DNA from: an uncultured Candidatus Saccharibacteria bacterium
Lineage (GTDB): Bacteria > Patescibacteriota > UBA1384 > XYA2-FULL-43-10 > 1-14-0-10-43-13
Length of the DNA stretch: 62,128 bases
Reading direction: 5' to 3'
Assembly: GCA_964529405.1 (NCBI GenBank)
Contig: CAZGWE010000005.1
Coordinates: forward strand, 1 to 62,128
Below the pieces are notes generated by a model, which saw nothing but the letters and a program-made list of their open reading frames with translations, had not been told where the DNA came from and searched no databases. The position numbers and the translations under genes were made by a program. Below, in pieces: positions 18,057 to 26,948 of the stretch. How positions within the stretch are numbered: the first letter of the stretch is position 1; each line of letters opens with the position of its first letter.

Positions 18057-19013
18057 TCAATCTGCATCGTAAACAACATAGTCAAATAAATCATACAACG
18101 TGCCATGCTGGCGGTCAATATTGGCGGCGATTTCCCGGCTGACACCATTATAGTAACCGTTTGATTTAATCTTGGAGTACGGTCCGAAAATAGGCCGCCC
18201 GTTGACTGAACTAAAAGAAACAGTGACATCATTACCAATCGGCTTAATGTAGAGTTCGGCGCCATTCAATACACCAAGATCGGGCCAGGTAGTCTCAATT
18301 AATCTGTTTAGCCGGATCAGGGTAGTAGCAGCTTCCATAACATAAGGTTTTGCCCCGATAGTAACAACATCGCCAGTGTTGCTGCCATCCAATCTGCCGC
18401 ATAGAACCGTTTCACTACTTCTAAAAATAGCTTTTCTCTCAACCGGAATGGGTGAATTGTTGACTATCCTCATCTCAATCAAAACGCAGCGCGCGTTATT
18501 AAGCGGGCTCGGTTTAGAGACCGCCTCGCCGACCGATTTTAGAACAAGATTGATGTCTTCATAGGTTTTAAACTTCTTTGACTCGTCACGAGGAATATAG
18601 TACGGCGAACCGGGGTCGGCTAGTACTCCGGGGTCGGAAAGAAGGGTTTCGCTGCCATAAGAGCTCTCCCCTGAATTCATCCTGAGATCATAAAGTTGTT
18701 TCGCTAGCGATAAGCCATCTCCCATGCCCATATCAACAGAGTTGCTCACCAGACTTAAATCACTCAAATTTGTCCGCTGGGCGCTATTCGTTATACCTGA
18801 TTCGCCAGTCGGCAGAGCGGTTTCCATATCATAGCGGTAGCGCAGAAAACCCTCCTCGATCCCGGATTCGGCCGCATAGAAAGCTTGTATGCTGCTTTCA
18901 TACATTGAGAACGACCCGATTTCAAACAGTAAGACTCTGCCAACGCCGAAAGCAACGCTACCGATAGCGGTCATAATCAGCATCGCAATGATGAGCGCCG
19001 AACCCCTCCGCAT
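18057..19013 (-). CDS. PilX-N-like minor pilin / pilus assembly protein
   Basis: MRRGSALIIAMLIMTAIGSVAFGVG...QAFYAAESGIEEG resembles the PilX N-terminal domain pattern. Confidence 0.5.
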   Translation of the reverse strand: MRRGSALIIAMLIMTAIGSVAFGVGRVLLFEIGSFSMYESSIQAFYAAESGIEEGFLRYRYDMETALPTGESGITNSAQRTNLSDLSLVSNSVDMGMGDGLSLAKQLYDLRMNSGESSYGSETLLSDPGVLADPGSPYYIPRDESKKFKTYEDINLVLKSVGEAVSKPSPLNNARCVLIEMRIVNNSPIPVERKAIFRSSETVLCGRLDGSNTGDVVTIGAKPYVMEAATTLIRLNRLIETTWPDLGVLNGAELYIKPIGNDVTVSFSSVNGRPIFGPYSKIKSNGYYNGVSREIAANIDRQHGTLYDLFDYVVYDAD

Positions 19014-19089
19014 CCCAAATACTCCGAAAATTAACTGCTGGTGATTTTATTATAGCATGGACAATATCGGGATGACAAATACCTTAAAG

Positions 19090-19118
19090 TTGCAGCAAAG
19101 CTCAATTTCTGTTAGAAT
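19090..19118 (+). promoter_or_regulatory. Sigma70-type promoter of the tRNA pair
   Basis: TTGCAG-17 nt-TAGAAT, ~18 nt upstream of tRNA-Glu. Confidence 0.55.
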
Positions 19119-19136
19119 TACAACAACAAATTTTTT

Positions 19137-19213
19137 GCCGCGTTCGTCTAGTGGTCTAGGACACTGCCCTCTCACGGCAGAGATCATGGGTTCGACTCCC
19201 ATACGCGGTACCA
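19137..19213 (+). tRNA. tRNA-Glu (anticodon CTC), CCA encoded
   Basis: Cloverleaf folded by hand. Anticodon arm CTGCC-CTCTCAC-GGCAG, T-arm ATGGG-TTCGACT-CCCAT. G1-U72 wobble. Confidence 0.85.
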
Positions 19214-19255
19214 CGTCACGACAGAAATCGAAAACTCGCCCCGCATTAATCTTGT

Positions 19256-19329
19256 TCGGAGATCGTCTAGCGGCAGGACGGCGGATTCTGGCTCCGTCAA
19301 CCTAGGTTCGAATCCTAGTCTCCGAACCA
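19256..19329 (+). tRNA. tRNA-Gln (anticodon CTG), CCA encoded
   Basis: Acceptor TCGGAGA/TCTCCGA, anticodon arm GCGGA-TTCTGGC-TCCGT, T-arm CTAGG-TTCGAAT-CCTAG. Confidence 0.85.
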
Positions 19330-19345
19330 GCGAGAAAATTGGTAA

Positions 19346-19374
19346 AGATGGCCCTAAACGGTCATTTTTTGTTT
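19346..19374 (+). terminator. Rho-independent terminator after the tRNAs
   Basis: ATGGCCctaaacGGTCATtttttgttt. Confidence 0.6.
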
Positions 19375-19448
19375 GAAAAATTTTTTATTCTTGGCGTTCC
19401 GACATTGGCCGGCTGGCGCTTCAGCCATAAATCTGCTAATTTAAATTC

Positions 19449-20006
19449 ATGATGTCAAAGATCTTTATTATCTCCGGCCCCTCCGGATCAGGCAAGAGCT
19501 CCGTTAGTGCGCCGCTAAGAGACCGTGACGATTGTATTTTTTCTATTTCTTACACCACCAGAAAATGTATCCGTCCGGGCGAGATCAAGGGAAAAGATTA
19601 CAACTTTGTTACCGACAAAGAATTTGACCGCGCCATTCAAAACAATGAGTTTCTGGAATGGGAACAAGTCTTTGAAAACAGGTACGGGACTAAAAGAGAG
19701 GATTTTGACCGGCTGGCAGAATCCGGTAAAAATGTCATCGCCATCTTGGATGTTAAGGGAGCAATGAATATTAAAAAACTCTATCCCGATGTCGTCACCG
19801 TTTTTATCTTGCCCCCCAACCCAAAAGAAGCCGCCGGCAGATTGCAAAATCGAGGTACGGAAAATAAAGCTTCGCGTGCTATCCGTCAAGCCCGTTTTAG
19901 TCTAGAATTGGGATATAAAGATTTATATGACCATACTATCATCAACGGCGACCTTAAAACAGCCCAACATAAACTGATTGACATTGTTATGGGATTAAAG
20001 AAATAA
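19449..20006 (+). CDS. gmk: Guanylate kinase
   Basis: IFIISGPSGSGKSS P-loop, SYTTRKCIRPGEIKGKDYNFV. Confidence 0.9.
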   Translation: MMSKIFIISGPSGSGKSSVSAPLRDRDDCIFSISYTTRKCIRPGEIKGKDYNFVTDKEFDRAIQNNEFLEWEQVFENRYGTKREDFDRLAESGKNVIAILDVKGAMNIKKLYPDVVTVFILPPNPKEAAGRLQNRGTENKASRAIRQARFSLELGYKDLYDHTIINGDLKTAQHKLIDIVMGLKK

Positions 20007-20042
20007 AAGCTACAATATAGGGCAAGCCCTAAACCCATAGAA

Positions 20043-20062
20043 CGCCCCGATCGATCGGGGCG
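20043..20062. terminator. Perfect 20-nt palindrome between convergent genes
   Basis: CGCCCCGATCGATCGGGGCG, followed by a T-run at ~20075. Confidence 0.5.
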
Positions 20063-20141
20063 GCGGGGTATTAACCCTTTTTTACGCCTTGTATACCCTT
20101 TAGGCGACTAGCGTATCTTGTAATAAATTTGATATTCGTCT

Positions 20142-20408
20142 CTAGCGCAAGACCCGCACCCAACGCAGAACTGCAATCAGGATCACGGCACCGACAACAC
20201 CCCAAATCAGCCCCCAAAAAGTTAACGAACCGGCACTCGCGGCCGAACCGATACCAAGCAGATCAAAGAAGACTAATCTGGCCAGCAGGGCGCCAATAAC
20301 ACCAACGATGATGTTGGCCCAAAAACCTTGTTCCTCATCGGTTTTCATGATTAAACTGGCAACCCAGCCGATTATGCCACCCACAATAATGGCAACGATC
20401 CATCCAAT
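20142..20408 (-). CDS. GlsB/YeaQ/YmgE (transglycosylase-associated) small membrane protein
   Basis: G-rich TM repeats [10 protein letters not shown]...GVIGALLA. The track starts at GTG 20384, but the in-frame upstream sequence reads GWIVAIIV after a GGAGGA SD. A likely ATT start at 20408 lies 7 nt after the SD. Confidence 0.7.
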   Translation of the reverse strand: MGWIVAIIVGGIIGWVASLIMKTDEEQGFWANIIVGVIGALLARLVFFDLLGIGSAASAGSLTFWGLIWGVVGAVILIAVLRWVRVLR

Positions 20409-20501
20409 TATTTTATCCTCCTAACACGTTAATTATGCCGGACACTTCACTCCCACATTGTATCACTCGAGTCAAGATAAAAAATTGTACAGGAAATCAC
20501 A

Positions 20502-21281
20502 ATGGCCGCAAGGCGCCTTATTAAAAATTTACTTCATCTGAACCACCTGCGTAAATTTCTGGGTTGGGAAGTTTTTAATAAAGCCATCGCTTCAGAATTT
20601 AAGCTGGAAATTTTAGACAACCCGCCGAAGGGCAATATTCTTGTTTTGTCTTCCCATCCCGATGACGACGTCTTTGGTTGCGGCGGAGCTCTTTGTCTCC
20701 ACCAAAAAGCAGGGAATAAAATTAAAATAATTTATCTGGCTGACGGCTCCGGGGAAAAAAAATCCAACCCCGGCCGGCGGCAAAAAGAAGCTCGGGAAGC
20801 CGCCCTGGTTTTAGGTGTTACCGACCTCGATTTTTGGCAAATCCCCGATGGTCGTTTGTCTCCCAACAATTCAACGATTCAACGATTAAACGATTTGATA
20901 TTAAAATTCCAGCCGGACATCATCTATGCACCATCTTTTATAGACTCCCATCCCGACCATTTTGAAACCGCCGCCATTCTTGCCGAAGCCCTGAAAAAAA
21001 TGCCTGATTTTAATGGTATGATTTTTTCGTACGAAATTTGGACACCTGTCTTCGCCAATCGCCTCATAAATATCGATGAAGCAATAGAATTAAAAAAGGA
21101 AGCTATGGCCGCGCACGCTTCTCAACAAAATTCTCGCTCCTATTCAAAAGCAATTCTAGGGCTTAATCAATACCGCGCCGGCATGTTTAACCATGGTCAG
21201 TATGCCGAAGCGTTTTTTGAGTCCAATAGAGAACTTTACATTAATCTGTTCAATTTGGTTAACAACCCCGAACCAATATAA
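20502..21281 (+). CDS. PIG-L/LmbE-family deacetylase
   Basis: LVLSSHPDDDVFGCGG and DSHPDHF motifs. Confidence 0.85.
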   Translation: MAARRLIKNLLHLNHLRKFLGWEVFNKAIASEFKLEILDNPPKGNILVLSSHPDDDVFGCGGALCLHQKAGNKIKIIYLADGSGEKKSNPGRRQKEAREAALVLGVTDLDFWQIPDGRLSPNNSTIQRLNDLILKFQPDIIYAPSFIDSHPDHFETAAILAEALKKMPDFNGMIFSYEIWTPVFANRLINIDEAIELKKEAMAAHASQQNSRSYSKAILGLNQYRAGMFNHGQYAEAFFESNRELYINLFNLVNNPEPI

Positions 21282-21288
21282 CTTCCAA

Positions 21289-21377
21289 CTATCAATTATC
21301 AATGTTCAATCAAGTTCCAGGTATCAATGATCGCTGGATAATCGGAAATTGATTGGATATTGAACATTGATAATTAG
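21289..21377. repeat. AT-rich imperfect inverted-repeat element
   Basis: ctatcaattatcaatgttcaatcaa ... ttgattggatattgaacattgataattag. Confidence 0.6.
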
Positions 21378-21388
21378 CCAAAGACTTT

Positions 21389-22540
21389 CTAGCACTGTTT
21401 GGCATTTTCGACAATTCCAAGGTATGCCCTTTCAACTTTCTTCACTATTCTCTCCCACCCGTACTCTTCTGCAGTCTTGTTTCCCGCCTTAATCAATTTT
21501 GCGGCCAGTTTCTGGTCGCCAAGCACTCTTATGACTTTTTCAGCCAAATCGGCCGGATTTTTTGTTTTAGCGAGTAGTCCATTTTGACCATCCTGAACGA
21601 TATCTTTGATGCCGCCAACCTCACTTGCCACCACCGGAATTCCAACAGCAAAAGATTCCAAAATTGCCACGCCAAACGTCTCTGATATCGATGGCAAGAC
21701 AAACGTATCCCACTTTTCAAGATACTTTCGAGTATTCTCTTGCTTACCCGGTAAACTGACCCTCCCCTCCAGTTTCAAATTAAAAATTAGAAATTTCAAA
21801 TTATCGTACTCTGGTCCTTCCCCGACGATCTCCAACTTTGCCTCCGGATATTTCTCTAATATAGTCGGCAACGCCTCAATTAAATATTTCTGTCCTTTCT
21901 GTTTGTTCAAATTACCAATTGTTCCGATCATAACTCCTTTGCCGCTCTCTGTCGCCCTTAATTCTCTCTTGTTGTCCCTTAGCTCAATCCCGTTTGGAAT
22001 AATGATTGTCCGGTTCTTCGGCGCTAATCCAGATTTTAGCAAATAATCCTTAACTGCCGTTGAGACGGCGATCACTAAATCCGATTTGAAGTTTAATCTC
22101 TTAAGTAAATTCTTTTGCAACCATTCGTTAATCGAGTTGCCTAAATGGTAATCACCGGTATAGATATGCTCCGTGTAGATATTTTTTGCGCCGACAATTC
22201 GCTTGAAACGGGCGACAAAGCCGGCACGAGGCCCATGCGAATGGATAATCAATGGTCCAAAGGGATCATGATCAGTCCTGATCTTACTAACGATCTCGCG
22301 AAATTGGACCAAACTCCCCAGGTCGAACTTCGACTTAAAATCAATTCTAAAAACCCCAACCCCCCCGATCTCCCCGGCTTTTCTCTCCAACCATCCAGCT
22401 GGAAAAGCCAAAAAAAGATCAAACTTGTCTTGATCGAGATTCTCCAAGAGTCCCAATACATGTTTTGGACCCCCTCCGATCTCAGAATCAGCAATGACCT
22501 GAATAACTTTTATTCTTCTAACATCAGACCTATCCGTCAT
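21389..22540 (-). CDS. GT4-family glycosyltransferase
   Basis: IADSEIGGGPKHVLGL N-domain, ISETFGVAILESFAVGIPVVAS (E-x7-E). ATG 22540 avoids an overlap with gltX. Confidence 0.85.
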   Translation of the reverse strand: MTDRSDVRRIKVIQVIADSEIGGGPKHVLGLLENLDQDKFDLFLAFPAGWLERKAGEIGGVGVFRIDFKSKFDLGSLVQFREIVSKIRTDHDPFGPLIIHSHGPRAGFVARFKRIVGAKNIYTEHIYTGDYHLGNSINEWLQKNLLKRLNFKSDLVIAVSTAVKDYLLKSGLAPKNRTIIIPNGIELRDNKRELRATESGKGVMIGTIGNLNKQKGQKYLIEALPTILEKYPEAKLEIVGEGPEYDNLKFLIFNLKLEGRVSLPGKQENTRKYLEKWDTFVLPSISETFGVAILESFAVGIPVVASEVGGIKDIVQDGQNGLLAKTKNPADLAEKVIRVLGDQKLAAKLIKAGNKTAEEYGWERIVKKVERAYLGIVENAKQC

Positions 22541-22556
22541 ATTAGACCTATCCGAC

Positions 22557-23978
22557 CTATTGAATTTTCCCCAATGCCCTCTCAATTCTTTTCAAACTCT
22601 CATCTTTCCCTAACGTTAACATCAGTTCAACCGGCGAAGGCGACTTTTCAGCACCCGATAAAGCCACCCGTACCGGCCAAAAAACATCCCCGTTTGCCAA
22701 GCCGTTCTCCAAGACCACTTTTTCTAAAATCCTCTGATAATCTTCTTCTATTTCTTTCCCTTCTCCATACTCTTTTATCTTCTTCATCTTCTCTAATACT
22801 TTCTTCAGCCCCACCAGCGTTCTCTCCCTATCCGACTTTTTAAACACCAAAAGTTCAGTTGGATACTCAGGTTCTTTTCTTAGCTCAACAACATAATTAG
22901 CAATTTCCTTAAGCGTCTTAAATCCGCCCCGCCCCGCCAGCTCCAGCTCTCCCTCCGACATTCCCAATTCCCCCAAAATCTCCAATCTTCCTAATTCCCC
23001 CGATTTCCCCAATTCCCTAATATATCGCTCGTTAATACTATTCAATTTATCGACATTAAAGACGGCCGGCGACTTCTGAACGTTTTCGATTTTAAATTCT
23101 TTAACCAGTCCCTTTAAATCAAATTCCTCCCGCTCGTCCTTAGGATTCCAACCAAGCAAAGCAATAAAATTAACAATAGCCTCCGGCAAATAACCCTCTT
23201 TTCGATAATCAAGCACTGCCGTAGCACCATGCCGTTTGGATAATTTCTTTTTATCCGGTCCCAAAATCATCGGTAAATGGGCAAATTCAGGCTTGGGCCA
23301 ACCGAAAGCATCATACAAAGTATGATGCTTGGGTGTTGAAGACAACCACTCCTCCGCCCGAATGACGTGAGTGATGCCCATGTCGTGATCATCAACCACC
23401 ACAGCCAAGTGGTAGGTCGGAAAACCATCGGATTTCATGATAATCGGATCATCCTGAAGAGCAGTGTCAAACTCAACTTTCCCCCGAATCAAATCATTGA
23501 CAACAATCTTTCCGCTTTCCGGCATTTTCAATCGAATGACTGCTCCTTCCGGCAATTTTTCATAATTCGTAATTCTTGACCCGTTATTCGAAAGTTCCCG
23601 ACAGTGCCGATCATATCCCGTCGGCGTTCCCTTCGCCTCCTGATCCTTCCGCAGCTCCTCCAATCTCTCTTTCGTACACGTGCAAATATAGGCCGCGCCC
23701 TTTTCGACCAATTCCAATGCATGTTTCTTGTAGGTCTCCTTGCGCTCCGACTGAATCATGGGCTCGTCAACGTTATCAGTGATAATTCCAAGCCACTTCA
23801 TCGCTTCAATAATACGTTCAGTCGCGCCTTCAACAAAACGTTCGCGATCAGTGTCCTCGATTCTAAGTAAAAAATCGCCGCCTTCATGCTTGGCAAATAG
23901 GTAAGCGAAAAGGGCAGTGCGGGCACCGCCAATATGCAATTCCCCCGTCGGGCTCGGCGCAAATCGTGTTTTAATCAT
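22557..23978 (-). CDS. gltX: Glutamyl-tRNA synthetase
   Basis: RFAPSPTGELHIGGARTALF (HIGH) and KLSKRHG (KMSKS). A low-complexity insert GKSGELGRLEILGELGMSEGELELAGRGG lies in the C-domain. Confidence 0.95.
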   Translation of the reverse strand: MIKTRFAPSPTGELHIGGARTALFAYLFAKHEGGDFLLRIEDTDRERFVEGATERIIEAMKWLGIITDNVDEPMIQSERKETYKKHALELVEKGAAYICTCTKERLEELRKDQEAKGTPTGYDRHCRELSNNGSRITNYEKLPEGAVIRLKMPESGKIVVNDLIRGKVEFDTALQDDPIIMKSDGFPTYHLAVVVDDHDMGITHVIRAEEWLSSTPKHHTLYDAFGWPKPEFAHLPMILGPDKKKLSKRHGATAVLDYRKEGYLPEAIVNFIALLGWNPKDEREEFDLKGLVKEFKIENVQKSPAVFNVDKLNSINERYIRELGKSGELGRLEILGELGMSEGELELAGRGGFKTLKEIANYVVELRKEPEYPTELLVFKKSDRERTLVGLKKVLEKMKKIKEYGEGKEIEEDYQRILEKVVLENGLANGDVFWPVRVALSGAEKSPSPVELMLTLGKDESLKRIERALGKIQ

Positions 23979-24113
23979 GACTCCACCATATCAAAATGTT
24001 TCTTTATTGTCATCTTCATTCATCATAATTATTCGCTCTCTTTACTCGCCTCATCATCTTCACTCCATTAATTCTCTATAGATAAAACATCATAAAATCG
24101 CATTTCCCTCTGT

Positions 24114-24163
24114 CTGTCATTCCTGCCCCGTAACTCAGTACGGGGTAAATTCCGGCGGGAATC
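24114..24163. repeat. Hairpin element (GTCATTCC...GGAATC family)
   Basis: ctgtcattcctgccccgtaactcagtacggggtaaattccggcgggaatc. Confidence 0.6.
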
Positions 24164-24259
24164 TTGGTGCGCTAACTAGGTGTGATGTCTCTATATCCCC
24201 CAACCCAAACAACCAATATTGGCATCAAATCATCCATCATAACCGATTAAAAAACCATT

Positions 24260-24299
24260 TTTCGTCGTACAGAACGCGGCCGCGTTCTGTACGACGAAA
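24260..24299. repeat. 40-nt perfect palindrome with GCGGCCGC centre (copy 1)
   Basis: tttcgtcgtacagaacgcggccgcgttctgtacgacgaaa. Identical to 25059-25098. Confidence 0.95.
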
Positions 24300-24317
24300 T
24301 TCAACACAGCTGGTCGT

Positions 24318-24971
24318 TCATGTCCTAATTGATTCGCACCTGTTCCGATGTAATTTACGCCCATGGATCGCCCTGGGCTCTCTTTTAATTGTATCATTTT
24401 TCGATCGATCAAATTTTTTCTCAATAATACCATCGATATCAGACTTTTCGGCCACAATATAGACCACATATCCCTCAATTCCGAATGTATACGCTGCCAT
24501 CTCAACAAATTTACCAATATTTCGATTCGTAACCCAAAGACTGCCCTGTATTTTTTGGCAACCAAGATCCTTTAGCGCCTGTCTAAACTGATCTCTTTTT
24601 ACCTTGTCCTTCTCTGGTATATCAAAGGAGATATACCGATTCGTGCCATCTGCCTCAATCTTATCCGACAGTGTTTCAAGAGTTCTAAGTTTCGCTTTAT
24701 CCGTAAACCGAATCGAGGTTTGCTTTCCCACCCCTTCAAACTCAAGATAACCGCTCCGTTTCAAATTATAAAGTTGCTTGGCGGCTTTAATATCAGACCA
24801 GCCCGTCCCAAGCGAAAAATGGTCATTAAGGGAACGATAGACGTCCTTCCTGGTCAGAACAATTTCATCCGCAGCTTCAGCAAAAGCGGCAAGAAAATTC
24901 AACACCGCAAGCCCAGTATTACGCGCTCCTTTCTTTATATCCCTAAGTAACACCTGACGCCTATATCTCAC
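24318..24971 (-). CDS. PaaX-like / Cas2-fold-containing putative regulator
   Basis: C-terminal RYISFDIPEKDKVKRDQFRQALKDLGCQKIQGSLWVT resembles the PaaX C-domain (ferredoxin/Cas2-like) pattern. GTG 24971 follows GAAGGAGGGG. Confidence 0.4.
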   Translation of the reverse strand: MRYRRQVLLRDIKKGARNTGLAVLNFLAAFAEAADEIVLTRKDVYRSLNDHFSLGTGWSDIKAAKQLYNLKRSGYLEFEGVGKQTSIRFTDKAKLRTLETLSDKIEADGTNRYISFDIPEKDKVKRDQFRQALKDLGCQKIQGSLWVTNRNIGKFVEMAAYTFGIEGYVVYIVAEKSDIDGIIEKKFDRSKNDTIKREPRAIHGRKLHRNRCESIRT

Positions 24972-25058
24972 TGCCCCTCCTTCATTATTAACAATCACAT
25001 CTTTCTAGTAATGATTCCAGCCATTATCTACAACTCTCACCCCCCATTTTACCCCATA

Positions 25059-25098
25059 TTTCGTCGTACAGAACGCGGCCGCGTTCTGTACGACGAAA
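25059..25098. repeat. 40-nt perfect palindrome with GCGGCCGC centre (copy 2)
   Basis: Identical to 24260-24299. The local palindrome extends to 25057-25100. Confidence 0.95.
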
Positions 25099-25139
25099 TA
25101 GCTATCATACAATACGGAATGTAAAAATAGTAATATTAT

Positions 25140-25517
25140 TTACCAGACGGCGTTTTTGAGGTGGTCAATTTGGAGGTTGCCGTGATAGTCGAACTGGACA
25201 CCGACGACGTCGATGCGGATGGTTTTGCCGGGGTATTGCTGTTCGAGAGCGCGAGCAAGAAGTTTGAGCTTGTTCTGTTTTTTGAATCTGACCAGTTCCT
25301 GGGCCGAGCCGAAACCGGTTCCGCGAACCGATTTAACTTCGACGATCACAATATTAGCGCCATCTTGGGCCAAAATATCAATCTCCCCGCAAACCAACCT
25401 CAAATTTCGCTCGATGATCTTATATCCGATTCCCGTCAAAAACGCCGCCGCCTGATCCTCGCCTGCATTACCCGTTTTTTTATTTTGAGTTTTATCAAAC
25501 GTCATTTGCTTAATCAT
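25140..25517 (-). CDS. yraN: YraN-family endonuclease (UPF0102)
   Basis: GEDQAAAFLTGIGYKIIERNLRLVCGEIDILAQDGANIVIVEVKS. Confidence 0.8.
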   Translation of the reverse strand: MIKQMTFDKTQNKKTGNAGEDQAAAFLTGIGYKIIERNLRLVCGEIDILAQDGANIVIVEVKSVRGTGFGSAQELVRFKKQNKLKLLARALEQQYPGKTIRIDVVGVQFDYHGNLQIDHLKNAVW

Positions 25518-25597
25518 AATCCTTTTTTCCACCAACAACCAATCACAATAGTAAATATTTAAGCTATAATGCAATTAATTAATAGTTTGGAGGAAAA

Positions 25598-25858
25598 ATG
25601 TCAGCCGTCGAAATTGGTTATCAACCAGCATCACCGGAAACATCACCAGCATCAGAACCGAACGATGAACGCAGAATAAGGACCAAACAGCTGCGACACG
25701 AGCTAGACACAATTGATAGCTGCTTGGATCTCGGAATGGGTCCAAATGGCAATGAAGGCAGGCACCCGCTAACCAAAGATAAATCATATGAGGAACTTTT
25801 GAAGATGTATCAAGATCGAAAGACGGAACTTACCCATTTGCAAAATCCAGAGAGTTAA
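25598..25858 (+). CDS. Hypothetical small protein
   Basis: 86 aa, good SD (ggaggaaaaATG). No family recognised. Confidence 0.4.
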   Translation: MSAVEIGYQPASPETSPASEPNDERRIRTKQLRHELDTIDSCLDLGMGPNGNEGRHPLTKDKSYEELLKMYQDRKTELTHLQNPES

Positions 25859-25945
25859 CCCACCAATAGTCGGCTCCACGATCTAGAACTCGATTCCTAA
25901 TTACTCCCACACTCTCTAGCTATCACCCTCTAACACTTAAAATAG

Positions 25946-25984
25946 TTGTCATCCCAGACTGCGGTGCTGAGATCTGGGATCCAC
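25946..25984. repeat. Hairpin element (TTGTCATCC...GGGATCCAC family)
   Basis: ttgtcatcccagactgcggtgctgagatctgggatccac. Near-identical design at 51233-51271. Confidence 0.75.
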
Positions 25985-25988
25985 TCAA

Positions 25989-26762
25989 CTATTCCACCTC
26001 CAGCCCCCTAGACTGTACCCAAACCGACTCAAAAAACACTTGCATCGTTTGATAAAAACTAGTACTCGTAATAATCATTGCGTAAGGCTTCTCTTTTGTT
26101 TGAGAAAAAATAGCCACTTTATCATCATAGATGTGAATATGGCTCTCGGGTACGAACCACTCCGGAGCAATCCTAATCTGCCTGTTATCATCAGTCTCAG
26201 GCTTATATCGCCTGTAACCTGTTTTTTTATACTCTTCATTATCAGTCGCCAATCTTAAAGACCTATATACAATCTGGTGTTTTTTCGTTTCATCTAAATA
26301 GTTCGCAATAAATTCGTCACCCACGTGGCTGTGTCCAGATGCTCGAACGGGTATGGCATCAACTTTTTTACCAGTTGATTCCAGGGAGAGACGAAAAACT
26401 TCTTTGATACCCTCAACGCCCTCGAACATCTCCACCGCCGGCTTACCCTCCTCCTGTTTGTAAAGCGAGAAGAGGGCAGGAACGGCGTGTTCGATCGTAG
26501 CCAGCCTTGCCCGCATTATCTCTTGGAGTCGCGCCGGCGAAGCGGCAATGTAGTATTGATGCCTGTTTCGCTCAGTAATACTAATTAAACCAAGTCGGCG
26601 AAAATCATCCAGATAATTGTAAACAGTAGTCCTCTTAATACCGGCCCGCTGTGCAATCGGAATAATACTAGATTCCCCCAACTCCAACATAGCCAGATAT
26701 ACTTTGGCTTCTTTTTCGGTTAATCCGGCTTCTTTTAAAGATGTAAGTAAAGTGTTGTCCAT
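25989..26762 (-). CDS. TrmB-family transcriptional regulator (paralogue 1)
   Basis: LKEAGLTEKEAKVYLAMLELGESSIIPIAQRAGIKRTTVYNYLDDFRRLGLI wHTH. C-terminal domain ends ...FFESVW. Confidence 0.8.
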   Translation of the reverse strand: MDNTLLTSLKEAGLTEKEAKVYLAMLELGESSIIPIAQRAGIKRTTVYNYLDDFRRLGLISITERNRHQYYIAASPARLQEIMRARLATIEHAVPALFSLYKQEEGKPAVEMFEGVEGIKEVFRLSLESTGKKVDAIPVRASGHSHVGDEFIANYLDETKKHQIVYRSLRLATDNEEYKKTGYRRYKPETDDNRQIRIAPEWFVPESHIHIYDDKVAIFSQTKEKPYAMIITSTSFYQTMQVFFESVWVQSRGLEVE

Positions 26763-26848
26763 GTGTTTGTTTTGTCTATATTTCTAGACACATTCTAGCA
26801 CTTACTGATCATTTAGTCAAGACTTTAGCCATTTTTATGTCTAAACTA

Positions 26849-26877
26849 TTGACATATTACCGCTTACATGCTATAAT
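26849..26877 (+). promoter_or_regulatory. Conserved consensus promoter, copy A
   Basis: TTGACA-17 nt-TATAAT with extended -10 (TGCTATAAT), followed by GGCAAGTCACGATGAG. Confidence 0.75.
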
Positions 26878-26900
26878 GGCAAGTCACGATGAGAATTTGA

Positions 26901-26948
26901 TTGTCATCCTCGGGCAGCACGCCAGCAGGCGGCATGACCCGGGGATCC
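26901..26948. repeat. Hairpin element inserted in the cargo-A leader
   Basis: ttgtcatcctcgggcagcacgccagcaggcggcatgacccggggatcc. It sits between the TCAC and GTGA halves of the leader stem. Confidence 0.7.

Noticed and set aside
23979-24259. T-box leader upstream of gltX.
   Set aside because: There is no T-box sequence (…GGUGGUACCGCG-like) and no specifier/antiterminator architecture. The region is occupied by a hairpin repeat element.
24230-24565. 111-aa minus-strand ORF overlapping the 3' part of the PaaX-like gene in another frame.
   Set aside because: It runs across the 40-bp palindrome and has no start context. The overlapping 24318-24971 frame has an SD and domain-like sequence.
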